IMG/VR virus record: IMGVR_UViG_2751185671_000004
Location: 106,233 to 170,232 of that record
Source: a virus
Lineage: Duplodnaviria > Caudoviricetes
Strand: one strand, 5' to 3'
DNA: 64,000 nucleotides
Positions 20,701 to 30,061 of this stretch are shown piece after piece. The first letter of the stretch is position 1. Each line of letters begins with the position of its first letter. The notes under the pieces are model-generated. The model saw nothing but the letters and a program-made list of their open reading frames with translations, did no database searches and was not told where the DNA came from. The position numbers and the translations under genes were made by a program.

Positions 20701-23700
20701 AATACAAGCGGCAGGGATTGGCTTTTTAGGGTTTGAACGATTAGCCACCTTGGATCAGCAAACGGGAATTAAAACCGTCACGACCTATCGTCAAGATTTT
20801 CCTTTTGCCGGACGTCCCTTAAAAACCGAGGTGATTACACCCACAGGCCAACGTCTGAGTGAAACGACAAATCGATGGGCGATAAAAAACTGGCAGAACG
20901 ACTGGGCGGATATTGCTCGTGCCCAAGGAACCGCTGCCTTAGGGCCATTGAATACCTTTTTAGAACAGAGTGTAGAAACCACGTACCGATCATTTAGCTC
21001 GACCTTTGGCAGCAACAATCCGAATATCAGTGTCACTAGCGATGTCCAACAACGTGTGGAAACTACCTCTACCTACGATGACCACGGCAATGCCACCGAT
21101 ATTATTGTGGCCACTACGGGCGACGGCTTTACCCATACAGAAACCGTATCAAACTTCTATGAAGGGTCGCTTGATCTTCACGGTTCAACGTGGAGCTATG
21201 CGCAATTGGGACGGGTTACCCAGACCGATACCACCGTTACCCAAAACGATGAGGCTTCGGTAACGCGCACCGCTAAATTTACCTATTACAACACCGGTAC
21301 CAGCGATAGCCCACATAATGACAAGTTATTTGGATTGTTGGCTACCCAAACGGTGGAACCTGATCCAAGCAAAACCCTGGAGCAGTCCCTGGTGGTGTCG
21401 TATTTCTATGATGAATTTGGCAATCAGGAACGTATGGAATCAAAAGGGTGGGATGGCGAAAGTGCTGTGACTCGAACCTCGACAACCCTGTTTGACAACA
21501 TTGGACGTTACGCTGAGCATACAAGCAATCACTATGGTCAAATAGAACAAAGCATCACCGACGAAAACCGACATCCACTCGGCCTACCTAAACTGACGAC
21601 AGATTTAAATGGTGTGAAAACCACCATGAGCTACGGTGCCTTTGGCCGTGAATCTTTGCGACATGATGATACGGGGGCTTGGACACAGAGCCTTCTTATT
21701 CCGTGTGATAGCACTTGTCCCACCAGTGCTCGCTATATCTCACACACACAACAAGCGGGTGGCGGAGAATCACGCAGCTATATCGATGTTCTTGGCCGCT
21801 CCATACGAGAAGGTGTGAAGCATTTTGATGGCGGCTGGGTGTATACCGATATGGAATACGATGCCCTAGGGCGGGTGAAACGTACCTCCGAACCCTATCG
21901 TGATAATGATACGCCTCAATACTGGACGGAAATCACCTACGATATTTTAGGGCGGGCGATTGCTACATCTTTGCCAGGGATCGAACGCCCTGTGACGGTG
22001 TTTTACAACGGCTTAACTACCACCACCACCAATCCCCTCGAGCAAACCAATACTGAAAAACGTAACGCCATTGGCCAGCTAGCCGAAGTAACCGATGCCG
22101 ACGGCGCCCGCCTGAGTTATCACTACGATACCCGAGGCAATATTACCCATGTTCGGCAATACGGTAATACGGCCGACCCGCACGATATTAAGGTGACCAT
22201 GTGCTACGACCACCTAGGCCGTAAAACCGCCATGCTCGATCCCGATAAAGGTGGCCATCGTGCGCAGGTAACGGAATGCCCCACCGCATTTGATAGCCCC
22301 ATTGCCGGTTGGTGGCTCTATCGCTACAACGCCTTTGGCGAATTAATTGGCCAAATTGATGCGAAGGGTCAGCGCAGCACCATGGCCTATGATGCACTGG
22401 GGCGTATGACCTTCCGTCGCGATATCAAAACCGATGGCAGTACCGAAGGCAATACCACGTGGACCTACAACAATAGCACCACTGGCACTCACCTTGGTGT
22501 GTTGCAAAATGTTGAAGATGTGATCAGCGGTTATCGTAAAGTCTTTATGTACGATGCACTCACGCGTCCCAGTGAGACTGCCACGCATTTTGCTACTGAC
22601 GATGTGCACTATGAAAAAGTCACCTATGACCAATTCGGTCGTCAGCATCAGGTGTTTGATGCGGCTGGGGATAATACTTTCCAAAGTAACGCGATTGAAA
22701 ATATCTACAACTCCCAGGGCTATTTAAGCCAGGTGGTGGATGCCAACAGTGTGAATGGTGAAAAGCGTTCGTACTACAGTATTTTAGAAATGGATAAACG
22801 GGGTAATGTGTCCAGCGCGCAGTCAGGGAATGGTGTCACCAGCCAGTATGTTTATGAAGAGGATACCGGATGGCTCAGTGATATTCGCGCGTCCTCCATA
22901 CTCGGCACTCATGATATTCAAAACCATCATTACGAGTGGGACGATATTGGGAATTTACAATCACGCAATGATTACAGTGGCAGTAAAACATTGGACGAGA
23001 GTTTTACTTATGATGATTTAAATCGTTTGCTAACAAGCCAAGTCGCGGGTCGTGATGTTCAAGAAATACGCTACGATAGTTTAGGCAATATTGTGTTTAA
23101 AACCGGTATTGGCGATTACAGCTATGGCAGTGATTGTGTGTCTGCCACTCATCAAGATACCTATGGGCCTCACGCCCTTTGCCACACCAGTGAAGATAAT
23201 GCCCACTATGCCTACGATGCTAACGGCAATATGTTTGCTGATGGTACTGGGCGCACTATTCATTACACCACCTTTGATAAACCCGATGAAATTACCAAGG
23301 ACGATACGCGCATTACTTTCCGTTATGCCCCGGATCGCAGTCGCTATTTACGCACGGACGAGAATACTGAGGGTACCACCACAACCCGCTATATCGGCAA
23401 AGTGGAAAAACTCACCCACCCCGATGGCACTCAAAGTATTAAACGCTATCTTCCTGGTGGGGCTTTAGTCACCATTAAATTAGACAGTGCGGGTAGTCGT
23501 GTTAATCAAGAGACTCAATACCTCCATAAAGATCACTTGGGATCATTGGATGTAATTACCAATGCAATGGGCACTATTGCGCAAGACGAAAGTGGTAGAG
23601 ATCTCGTTTTCAGCTTTGATGCGTGGGGACAAAAACGTGCGGCGCTAGATTGGTCGACCTTAATGGATAACGCGTTAAGTGATTTTAATACGCTGGTGGT

Positions 23701-25012
23701 CACCTCCCCTATTACACGGGGTTTTACCATGCACGAGCATTTGGATGCAGTGGGCTTAATTCATATGAACGGCCGTATTTACGATCCAAGACTCGGCCGT
23801 TTTATGCAAGCCGATCCCTTTGTGCAAGCAGCGAGTAATACGCAAAGTTACAACCGGTATAGTTATGTGTTTAATAATCCGCTTAATGCCACCGACCCCA
23901 GTGGATATTTTAGAATCAGTGCGGGTGGCTTCTTAAATTTGTTAAAAGTGGCGTTAACGGCGATCGTGGCTGTGTCTTGTCAAGCCTGTTTGCCTGCGAT
24001 TGCAGGAATGTTCGGTGCCTTGGATGCCGCCATTGCCGATGGTAATTTAGGGGATATCGCTTTGTCGGCAGTCAGCAGTTATATATCGGCCAGTATCACC
24101 TCCTCATTTCTCGCTGAAGAATTTTCCTGGACGGGACTGCTTAAAGTCGCTGTTGTAGGGGGCATCACGAGCGTATTAAATCGTGGGAAATTTGGGCATG
24201 GTTTTATCAGTGCCGGTGTTGGCACTTTAGCTGGAGGGACTCTCGCGCCAATAGCAGGCGATACATTCAATAACGTGTTAAAAGGTCTTGGTGGTATTGT
24301 GTTAAGTGGTACAATTTCCACAGCAACCGGTGGGAAATTTGCCAATGGAGCGGGCAGTGCTGCTTTTGCTTGGGCAGTTAGGACTGGTACTCAGATTGAT
24401 GTAAGTGAAGATGTTGAGGGCTTAAGTTGTGAAGAAAATGGTTCAGCATGCGCGCCAGCAAACCCTGAATGGATATTTAAAAACAAAAATAAAGATCTTG
24501 GAATAACTATATCTGTTGATGAAAATGGTGTCACTGTTATTAAGGGAGAGATTACGGTGTCTGGATATAAATCTAAATATGCAGCAAGAAGAATTAATAA
24601 ATATTGGTCTGGTGTTTCTGGAGAGTATAATGGCCAGCTATTTCGATCTGAAATAACTGCTAGATCAGTTAAAAGTGGTGGTCAGGTCAATTTAGTTAAA
24701 ATAAGTAGGGAAGAAGTTCAATTAAGAAAACAGAACACTATTAATAAAATGAAAGCTCATGCTCTTGCCTGTGATCTAGAAGTAAAAAATATTACACCTG
24801 ATATGATCTCTTATGGTGGGTACGTTTCTAGAGCGGGTGACAGTACAATTCATTTGGGGGACGGTTGGCGAGGTAGTACTATTGCTCATGAATTTGGACA
24901 TGTGTTAGGGTTAGGACATGCACCTAAAGGAAGCGGGAGTATTCTTTCCTATGATGAAGGTAGAAGAGTTTTGGGGCGAGATCTTTATAATCTCGCAAAC
25001 GGTTACAAATAA
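14747..25012 (+). CDS. Giant Rhs/YD-repeat toxin: FN3, Ig-like, PQQ blades, DUF4214-like, SpvB/TcB-like, FG-GAP, YD repeats, Rhs core, TM pre-toxin region, metzincin-like tip
   Basis: Likely start 14828 with Sec signal; GQFRVNEQGSATYTIPI..GTAGVAP..GKGWGLSGLSSISRC; DFNGDG repeats; MNGRIYDPRLGRFMQADP; NNPLNATDPSG; HEFGHVLGLGH. Confidence 0.95.
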   Translation: MGTLNSKNVVHRSMNKNDHIFAGSFLAMNLHNLKFFHYILLPLFFVFSPFVSAQQSYFNFLDVENVSGSGSTATYTDTNGTYRISYSFPFIPNIDATRLTATRTFNGQQTRLDFGYVDGETRTITLNHDNGVYRYYAESEINDHGDPDGGGTDIDLIGTITVIRQLGSMGTISLPNYCINSYTVSWPAVSAANRYDIEESSNGGSTWTRLTNPAGASATSISRPGINTGEERRYRVRAYYDQQPNTRTPWQTSARCQGNIRPSVSLFSPSNGHYQLLNQVLLLSASATDTNGSVSYVDFYHGTTRIARDTSAPFTAQWTPTQSGAQTLEARATDNHGATTRSTAITVNVHTRPTVFINSPAPNTQFDVGDSVSIGATASDDGTITQVQFFRNGSIISTDTSAPYTATWTVSASGLHSITAQATDNHGITSASSPVVVIEGIEQTAPNSAPTGLAADTGVNNSTGIYTLSWNAVTDANEYELQECRLATCSDGDFTRVIRSANRAASFTGLGNGSYTYRVNACNDVGCSAFSAPYTVTITLPVPQRPGPTYLKTSAVCANGATSGQSTGAFEICWDAVTENLDHYLVEEQIGTGPWQQIANQSATSLVLNNKTTNTYSYRVLACNDQNACSTPGGILSVSVIDTPVIYSASLACDGTCVSIAGTGFDTNTQVAVSSITTSPLNQTFSSPELIVNNDSLQLPIDDALVIDALNNLGGLSLAVVNTTNNNRASTQVYPNNASPEPAVNSGPPTISANGIIYIGRGDQLYAYDSAGTLITGWPVDIQEPITTQPALSVNENTVYVGGGDRHLVAVGGAEDVLSGQIHWQFPAAGAVASPLVDQYDFVYAGAMDSRFYSLGTDGQVRWTYNATAGIAEKPVIYGDYSLSFSSVDGQLHQLRAGVIGPEQLNWQSIDQSLLRDYLSTVGEDFEQFVVDGWDATELFQVGRLFEGLLRRHPDKETLTFWTYALLPDYGATLEEVTEAFLTSDSGVALYGGLTDFLYVGALYENVLNITEWVDTPEYQADLAALTSGALTRTQLAMQLVGSETFSTRVDQELLRIFQIFYGFCLEANCDFLLDSDNDGLGDQWELTHFGDLTSQSGDGDADGDGLTNYQEYLANSSPALGAPDAAPLPASKPEDPDTSISDAIGSIEGQFRVNEQGSATYTIPITTMAGTAGVAPSFSLHYTSQNNRGIAGKGWGLSGLSSISRCRQTLGRDGVALPITWGERDRFCLNGQRLVLTSGASYGAVGATYKTEIDSFITVTSVGGSAGAPEYFTAVARDGSLTTYGFIEGDNNAQQRTFDNAHTLMWVQNQFKDSVGNRIEYVYAQTAGNDHRIASVHYAYGNGDQANAAVFFDYEDRPDIERFNLAGYAFESTKRLAAIRVQNTVNKTPSEVRRYDLNYAPYPADAHVQTSLLENIEVCAGDVCLLPTVFAWTPSGEGQELTDFDTTEFSDAGLLVDYKFADFNGDGEQDIVFLHTSPMGDQQTVNYAMSVAGELVAQPFASGRTSEILPDVVGGSFFSRAAAQILVLDYNADGRMDLATYSASAGGWQLYISTPTSSGWRLKNLGADHFLDANSTLLFLDIDSDGLSDAVYLNRQQQRLIIRRLKPGNGAIESDTYFAFGAEESFSIDPPAGIEDDIDDVDQIAIATGDVTGNGQAELMLRYRSIHEEQGTFQFYYHIYTFGESALLPWGSSIYLEELEPSTTAPEQFPRVNLQDLNGDGLADLTYYFKGRLNYWINDGLQFGTKQSLSIRGPSIDDYDRAPTFVDYDNDGDLDLIYHAFPTANIRMYRWDIHTHAFSIDTENIRRGVTTDPEETNRENHIFFDSNGDGHLDYHRYRSESGRLLRFLSTQSSPRHVMTQIENGLGGITEISHEALAKSSHYHRIDVGETRATPPNALCAIWGESFLNTCQDYYAYDTGQFYSELNSNWSEHNSLGKYQPVLEFHGSLPIVTSISSSAPSAGATPGNINAEAMSTIAYFYGEAKIQAAGIGFLGFERLATLDQQTGIKTVTTYRQDFPFAGRPLKTEVITPTGQRLSETTNRWAIKNWQNDWADIARAQGTAALGPLNTFLEQSVETTYRSFSSTFGSNNPNISVTSDVQQRVETTSTYDDHGNATDIIVATTGDGFTHTETVSNFYEGSLDLHGSTWSYAQLGRVTQTDTTVTQNDEASVTRTAKFTYYNTGTSDSPHNDKLFGLLATQTVEPDPSKTLEQSLVVSYFYDEFGNQERMESKGWDGESAVTRTSTTLFDNIGRYAEHTSNHYGQIEQSITDENRHPLGLPKLTTDLNGVKTTMSYGAFGRESLRHDDTGAWTQSLLIPCDSTCPTSARYISHTQQAGGGESRSYIDVLGRSIREGVKHFDGGWVYTDMEYDALGRVKRTSEPYRDNDTPQYWTEITYDILGRAIATSLPGIERPVTVFYNGLTTTTTNPLEQTNTEKRNAIGQLAEVTDADGARLSYHYDTRGNITHVRQYGNTADPHDIKVTMCYDHLGRKTAMLDPDKGGHRAQVTECPTAFDSPIAGWWLYRYNAFGELIGQIDAKGQRSTMAYDALGRMTFRRDIKTDGSTEGNTTWTYNNSTTGTHLGVLQNVEDVISGYRKVFMYDALTRPSETATHFATDDVHYEKVTYDQFGRQHQVFDAAGDNTFQSNAIENIYNSQGYLSQVVDANSVNGEKRSYYSILEMDKRGNVSSAQSGNGVTSQYVYEEDTGWLSDIRASSILGTHDIQNHHYEWDDIGNLQSRNDYSGSKTLDESFTYDDLNRLLTSQVAGRDVQEIRYDSLGNIVFKTGIGDYSYGSDCVSATHQDTYGPHALCHTSEDNAHYAYDANGNMFADGTGRTIHYTTFDKPDEITKDDTRITFRYAPDRSRYLRTDENTEGTTTTRYIGKVEKLTHPDGTQSIKRYLPGGALVTIKLDSAGSRVNQETQYLHKDHLGSLDVITNAMGTIAQDESGRDLVFSFDAWGQKRAALDWSTLMDNALSDFNTLVVTSPITRGFTMHEHLDAVGLIHMNGRIYDPRLGRFMQADPFVQAASNTQSYNRYSYVFNNPLNATDPSGYFRISAGGFLNLLKVALTAIVAVSCQACLPAIAGMFGALDAAIADGNLGDIALSAVSSYISASITSSFLAEEFSWTGLLKVAVVGGITSVLNRGKFGHGFISAGVGTLAGGTLAPIAGDTFNNVLKGLGGIVLSGTISTATGGKFANGAGSAAFAWAVRTGTQIDVSEDVEGLSCEENGSACAPANPEWIFKNKNKDLGITISVDENGVTVIKGEITVSGYKSKYAARRINKYWSGVSGEYNGQLFRSEITARSVKSGGQVNLVKISREEVQLRKQNTINKMKAHALACDLEVKNITPDMISYGGYVSRAGDSTIHLGDGWRGSTIAHEFGHVLGLGHAPKGSGSILSYDEGRRVLGRDLYNLANGYK

Positions 25013-25023
25013 AATTACTGCTT

Positions 25024-25500
25024 ATGTATAAATTTATGATTAATTTTGTATTCTCTATTTTATTGTTACTTTTAGCTACTTGCTTACGAGCTGAGTCGGT
25101 TTGCTTAGTTAATGAAAGCTCTAAAGTTGACGGTAATATTCATTATACTTTTCTTGGCGATGGATTTATAAGGATTGATGTCCGATTTAAAAAAAATCAG
25201 GAAAATGATAATTTTTTTAAGGAGGCTGAACTTTTTTATGGCGTCCCTTTGAAAATTGATAACTACGAACTGTTAGATGATAGTAAATTTATTCTTCAAA
25301 CAAAACTTATTCTTTTGGAGGAAGAAACAATGCTAAGTTCTACTTTTACTGTTAGTGAATTGTTCTCGCCTTTTTCAATATTGATGACTCTAGGGTCGCA
25401 AAGTTCGTCAGGAATATGCGATAAAAAATTTGTTAGAACTGTTTCTAATGATGATATAGATTCATCTAAAACGTTTGGAAAAATTAGTTTGCGTAAATAG
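25024..25500 (+). CDS. Putative cognate immunity protein, exported
   Basis: Directly downstream of the toxin tip; signal peptide; AT-rich. Confidence 0.7.
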   Translation: MYKFMINFVFSILLLLLATCLRAESVCLVNESSKVDGNIHYTFLGDGFIRIDVRFKKNQENDNFFKEAELFYGVPLKIDNYELLDDSKFILQTKLILLEEETMLSSTFTVSELFSPFSILMTLGSQSSSGICDKKFVRTVSNDDIDSSKTFGKISLRK

Positions 25501-25778
25501 TTTTAAGCACGAGGCATCATAGATAAAGCAAAGGTTTTCTTAAAAAATATTAACTAGATGGCAAGAATATTTAGTTAAATATTTTTAAATAGATATGATG
25601 AAAGTTAGGCTCTATTTAGATCTAAGGGCTGGCTTATGATATTGTTTAATTACATGGCGCTTTAAAGAGCCGTCAGTTATTGTTTTATAATAGCTGGCGG
25701 TTTTTTGTTATTGCTAGAATTAAAATGTATTTGTTCCTGAGTGTGTGGTTTACGAAAACTTGGCTGGAGAGAAGAAAT

Positions 25779-26219
25779 ATGGGGAAAATAGAGCATTTAA
25801 AACTTGTAGCAATGTTCTTGGGCTGGATGTTAGTGACTAGTAACGTCTATTCAAAGGAAGAGAATTTGGATGTCAGTTGGTATGGGACTAAGCGTTATAA
25901 AGAGCTTGTTAAAAACTCACCTATCAGTGCTGATGAAGGTAGAAAAATAATACAGAACATTGTCATTCAAAATAAATTGTCGCCATCCAAGTACGGAAAC
26001 GTTCCTGAGGGGCCTTCTTTCATCTATGATAATTTTATGTTTTTCTCTTTTGAATTAAAAGGTGAAGTGAGTCTGCAAGGATTTTATTTAAATACCGATA
26101 GCAGAGAGGTAGAATATCGTCGGACTTCAGATAAGGTCTATATAAAGAAATCATACTTTAAGCATAATAATAAAATCAAGAGGTGGAAATACCTTCAATT
26201 CCTCAGAGACAAAGGGTAA
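25779..26219 (+). CDS. Putative orphan immunity / exported protein
   Basis: GGAG RBS before ATG 25779; signal peptide ending VYS. Confidence 0.6.
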   Translation: MGKIEHLKLVAMFLGWMLVTSNVYSKEENLDVSWYGTKRYKELVKNSPISADEGRKIIQNIVIQNKLSPSKYGNVPEGPSFIYDNFMFFSFELKGEVSLQGFYLNTDSREVEYRRTSDKVYIKKSYFKHNNKIKRWKYLQFLRDKG

Positions 26220-26575
26220 TAGACCAACTTAGACAGGACGCAATAATTACACCAGGTCTTCCAGAGGACGTATTAGACGTACTATCAACTCATGAAATTA
26301 GGCACGAAGATACTTTTGAATTTTCTGGGGTGTGGGAGCCGGGTTATATCGGTATAGGTAATGGTAACCCAGGTGGACGTATGAATTGGGACGCAGCAGG
26401 TAATTTAAATAAGCCTGAATTAGTTGACAGCTTTTTTCATGAAGTTCAGCATGGCCGAGACCCGAGAAAAACAATAGTAGATCATCCATCTACTGGAGCA
26501 ACTCCAGAGTTTCAAAGCCAAGTTGATGAATTAAAAAATATATTTAACCAACACTGGGGTGTAAAATGGAAGTAG
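26183..26575 (+). pseudogene. Orphan toxin C-terminal fragment with HExxH
   Basis: FFHEVQH; no Rhs core or clear start; overlaps the following immunity-like gene. Confidence 0.55.
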
Positions 26576-27114
26576 AAGGTTTGAGTACTAAAGTTAAACA
26601 ATCTATTACAAATAAACTCGGAACAAGTTTTTTAATTAATTTTGTTGCCGTGCTTATCCTGATCCAATTAAATAATGAAGCAACCGCAGAGGTATATGAC
26701 TTTGACTCGGAAGTTCATAAAAATGTTAGGCTTTGCCAACCTAAAGACCCTTTTATGTTCACGAAGGATATTTATTTAGATCGAAAATATATTGAAAGTC
26801 GATATGAAAAAGAAAGTGTTGTTAATCAAATATTGACATTAGATCTAGATTACAGGAAAAAAGCTTTAGTCCGATTAAGTGGACATAAATCAAAGAATGG
26901 AGTTCATAGAGATATCAATGACCAATTGAAAACTTACGGATATATAAACTTTGTAAAGGTAGCAGAATGCTTAGTTCAGAATCTAAATGATGGAGATGAG
27001 CTATATTGGTTTGACAATAAGTCAATATCTCCTAGCGTTCAGCGGGGTTATGTCATTTTAAGAGATGGCATAATAATAGCTAGAGCCGTATTACGTGAGC
27101 GGTACGTTAATTAG
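26566..27114 (+). CDS. Putative immunity protein, exported
   Basis: Overlaps the stop of the HExxH fragment; hydrophobic N-terminal segment ending ATA. Confidence 0.6.
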   Translation: MEVEGLSTKVKQSITNKLGTSFLINFVAVLILIQLNNEATAEVYDFDSEVHKNVRLCQPKDPFMFTKDIYLDRKYIESRYEKESVVNQILTLDLDYRKKALVRLSGHKSKNGVHRDINDQLKTYGYINFVKVAECLVQNLNDGDELYWFDNKSISPSVQRGYVILRDGIIIARAVLRERYVN

Positions 27115-27245
27115 TGGTAAAATAACTATACATTATGATATAACAAAGTCGAAATAATTATTTAAAGTTAGTTTACTAAGAACAAAGTTATTCAACTCAG
27201 GACCGTTAAATAATTTATATGTACTAGGCATATATATCAAGGTCG

Positions 27246-27722
27246 CTAACATCTACTGTGAAATAGTTGGCGACCATTTTTTATACTACTCAACCAGTAT
27301 AGAGAAGCTTCTTCTGACCTCCTATTGGCCAACCCCTTTAGCTTTTTCCGGCCAGCCCACACCCATTTTTTTAGTTCATATGGAACACTATCATAGTCAC
27401 TACGGTTTAGTTTTCTTCGGAGTGTAGAGCGCTGTAAGGTGCCTGCGCCTAAATTAAAAGTAGAGGATACAAGGGCGTCAAATTGACCGGCTGTCAGCGG
27501 GACATTAATCAATCGGGTGACCGCTCTCTCTGTTGTTGTTAAATCCTTTTTTAGTAGTTGATCGGCTTCCTCTTCAGTAACACCCTTACTAAAATCATCA
27601 TGATCCCTAATGAGATGACCGTAGCCAATGGTCGGATAGTTAGCAGGACAAATATATACTGTGTTGCTAAATCCTTCATATTTTTTAATAAGGTCGATAC
27701 CGGCTTGATTGGTTTTTCTCAT
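27246..27722 (-). CDS. Phage-type lysozyme (GH24)
   Basis: LIKKYEG...Y.CPA..PTIGYGH, QFDALVS..FNLG, GLANRRSEE. Confidence 0.92.
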   Translation of the reverse strand: MRKTNQAGIDLIKKYEGFSNTVYICPANYPTIGYGHLIRDHDDFSKGVTEEEADQLLKKDLTTTERAVTRLINVPLTAGQFDALVSSTFNLGAGTLQRSTLRRKLNRSDYDSVPYELKKWVWAGRKKLKGLANRRSEEASLYWLSSIKNGRQLFHSRC

Positions 27723-27733
27723 AAGCTTTTTTC

Positions 27734-27975
27734 TTAATGTGTATGTCTAAATTTTGATAGCGCGCGCTGACCGAACCAAAAACTAATCACCTCCGCGAAT
27801 AGTGCTTGTGTGTCTGCGTCCTAGATTTGGGGGAGCGCTTGATATAAGTGAATATTGTGATCGGTAATGAGAATATAAAGTGTACACGCTTTGACAGGCG
27901 CGAACAGGGTGAAAAATAAATAAGTAATCACTGGCCGCACGGATGCACGTAGTTGCCCTACCCATCCCTCGTTAG
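27734..27975 (-). pseudogene. Truncated holin-like membrane protein upstream of the lysozyme
   Basis: WVGQLRASVRPVITYLFF...PQI*DADTQALFAEVISFWFGQRALSKF; internal TAG at 27821-27823; 5' end replaced by Rhs sequence. Confidence 0.6.
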
Positions 27976-28171
27976 ATAAACTGGCAGGCTCAGTGATATT
28001 CGCGCGTCCTCCATACTCGGCACCCATGATATTCAAAACCATCATTATGAGTGGGATGATATTGGGAATTTACAATCGCGCAATGATTACAGTGGCAGTA
28101 AAACATTAGATGAGAGTTTTACTTATGATGATTTAAATCGCTTACGTACCAGCCATGTCATAGGCCGTGAC

Positions 28172-30061
28172 GTGCAAGAAGTGCGCTACGATAGTTTAGG
28201 CAATATTGTGTTTAAAACCGGTGTTGGCGATTACAGTTACGGCAGTGATTGTGTGTCTACCACTCACCCAGATACTTATGGGCCTCATGCCCTTTGCCAC
28301 ACCAGTGAAGATAATGCCCACTATGCCTACGATGCTAATGGCAATATGTTTGCTGATGGTACTGGGCGTAATATTCATTACACCACCTTTGATAAGCCCG
28401 ATGAAATTACTAAGGATGATACGCGCATTACTTTCCGTTACGCCCCGGATCGCAGTCGCTATTTACGCACGGATGAAAATACTGAGGGTACTACTACGAC
28501 CCGTTATATCGGCAAAGTGGAAAAACTCACCCACCCCGATGGCACTCAAAGTATTAAACGCTATCTTCCTGGTGGGGCTTTAGTCACCATTAAATTAGAC
28601 AGTGCGGGTAGTCGTGTTAATCAAGAGACTCAATACCTCCATAAAGATCACTTGGGATCATTGGATGTAATTACCAATGCAATGGGCACTATTGCGCAAG
28701 ACGAAAGTGGTAGAGATCTCGTTTTCAGCTTTGATGCGTGGGGACAAAAACGTGCGGCGCTAGATTGGTCGACCTTAATGGATAACGCGTTAAGTGATTT
28801 TAATACGCTGGTGGTCACCTCCCCTATTACACGGGGTTTTACCATGCACGAGCATTTGGATGCAGTGGGCTTAATTCATATGAACGGCCGTATTTACGAT
28901 CCAAGACTCGGCCGTTTTATGCAAGCCGATCCCTTTGTGCAAGCAGCGAGTAATACCCAAAGTTATAATCGTTATAGCTATGTGTTTAATAATCCCCTTA
29001 ATGCCACCGACCCCAGTGGGTATTTTAGTGTGGGCGGATTTTTAGGCGCAGTACAAACAATCGTAACCGCCATCGCCGCCATCTATTGCCAAGCGTGCAT
29101 TCCTTATATTTCCGCCGCATTTGGGGCAGTACACGCCGCACGAGCCGGCGGTGATTTAGGGGATATTGCCCGTGCCGCCGTCAGTAGCTACGCCTCTGCC
29201 AGTATTACCTCTTCATATTTAGCCGATGGCTTTTCATGGGAAGGCTTACTTCAAGTAGCCGTGGCCGGCGGTATTACCAACGTGCTCAATAACGGCAAAT
29301 TTGGCCATGGATTTATCAGCGCCGGTGTCGGCACAGCGTTAGGAGGGAAACTCGCGCCAGTCGCCAACGAAACGACAAATAACATATTAAAAGGTCTTGG
29401 CAGTATCGTGTTAAGTGGTACAATTTCCAAAGCAACCGGAGGGAAATTTGCAAATGGCGCAGGGAGTGCTGCTTTTGCGTGGGCCGTGGGGGCTGGAGTG
29501 GAGAGGCTTAATAAGCCGGAGCCTGCGGCCTTTGCTGATAAAGCTGCAGGTGACTACACCGCTGAAGATGTTATCGACATAATTAGGTCTACTAAAACAG
29601 GGAAGGCTGCTTTTGATTCAGCAAAGCCTGAAGTTGTTTTGGATAGTAAGAGGGGGGCATATTTTAATTCAAAAACTAACACCCTTCACCTAAGAGCTAA
29701 CGCTAGCCTTGCTGTAAATGTTCGATCCATGGCCCATGAGCTTGGTCATGCGTATCAAACACATTTAGGAATTAATAAACCTTCTGCGAAAAAGATGTCG
29801 AGAGAAGATTATATCAATGGAATGATAACTAATGAGTCTATGGCAGATCATATGCGGCATCAAATTTATTCTGAGTTAGCAGATCCAAGCATGATGGCTA
29901 AGCCTACGGGACATGATGCTTGGGTTGGGGCTAAACCGGCAGAAAGGATGCAATTGATTAAGGATAGATTTAGGGGGCCGGCTGCGATATATAAAACTAG
30001 TACTACCGGTCAGACATATGGGGATTACTATGGAGCTTACTGGGATAGGGTGAATCAATAA
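28172..30061 (+). CDS. Orphan Rhs module 1 (partial core plus HExxH peptidase tip)
   Basis: ~27980-29020 closely matches ~22865-23910; DPSG; MAHELGHAYQ...NESMA. Confidence 0.85.
   Translation: MQEVRYDSLGNIVFKTGVGDYSYGSDCVSTTHPDTYGPHALCHTSEDNAHYAYDANGNMFADGTGRNIHYTTFDKPDEITKDDTRITFRYAPDRSRYLRTDENTEGTTTTRYIGKVEKLTHPDGTQSIKRYLPGGALVTIKLDSAGSRVNQETQYLHKDHLGSLDVITNAMGTIAQDESGRDLVFSFDAWGQKRAALDWSTLMDNALSDFNTLVVTSPITRGFTMHEHLDAVGLIHMNGRIYDPRLGRFMQADPFVQAASNTQSYNRYSYVFNNPLNATDPSGYFSVGGFLGAVQTIVTAIAAIYCQACIPYISAAFGAVHAARAGGDLGDIARAAVSSYASASITSSYLADGFSWEGLLQVAVAGGITNVLNNGKFGHGFISAGVGTALGGKLAPVANETTNNILKGLGSIVLSGTISKATGGKFANGAGSAAFAWAVGAGVERLNKPEPAAFADKAAGDYTAEDVIDIIRSTKTGKAAFDSAKPEVVLDSKRGAYFNSKTNTLHLRANASLAVNVRSMAHELGHAYQTHLGINKPSAKKMSREDYINGMITNESMADHMRHQIYSELADPSMMAKPTGHDAWVGAKPAERMQLIKDRFRGPAAIYKTSTTGQTYGDYYGAYWDRVNQ

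Noticed and set aside
15041-24345. Many short alternative-frame and antisense ORFs inside the Rhs gene (also inside 38283-41180, 43953-46814 and 58642-60672)
   Set aside because: Shadow ORFs of long genes; no motifs or RBS
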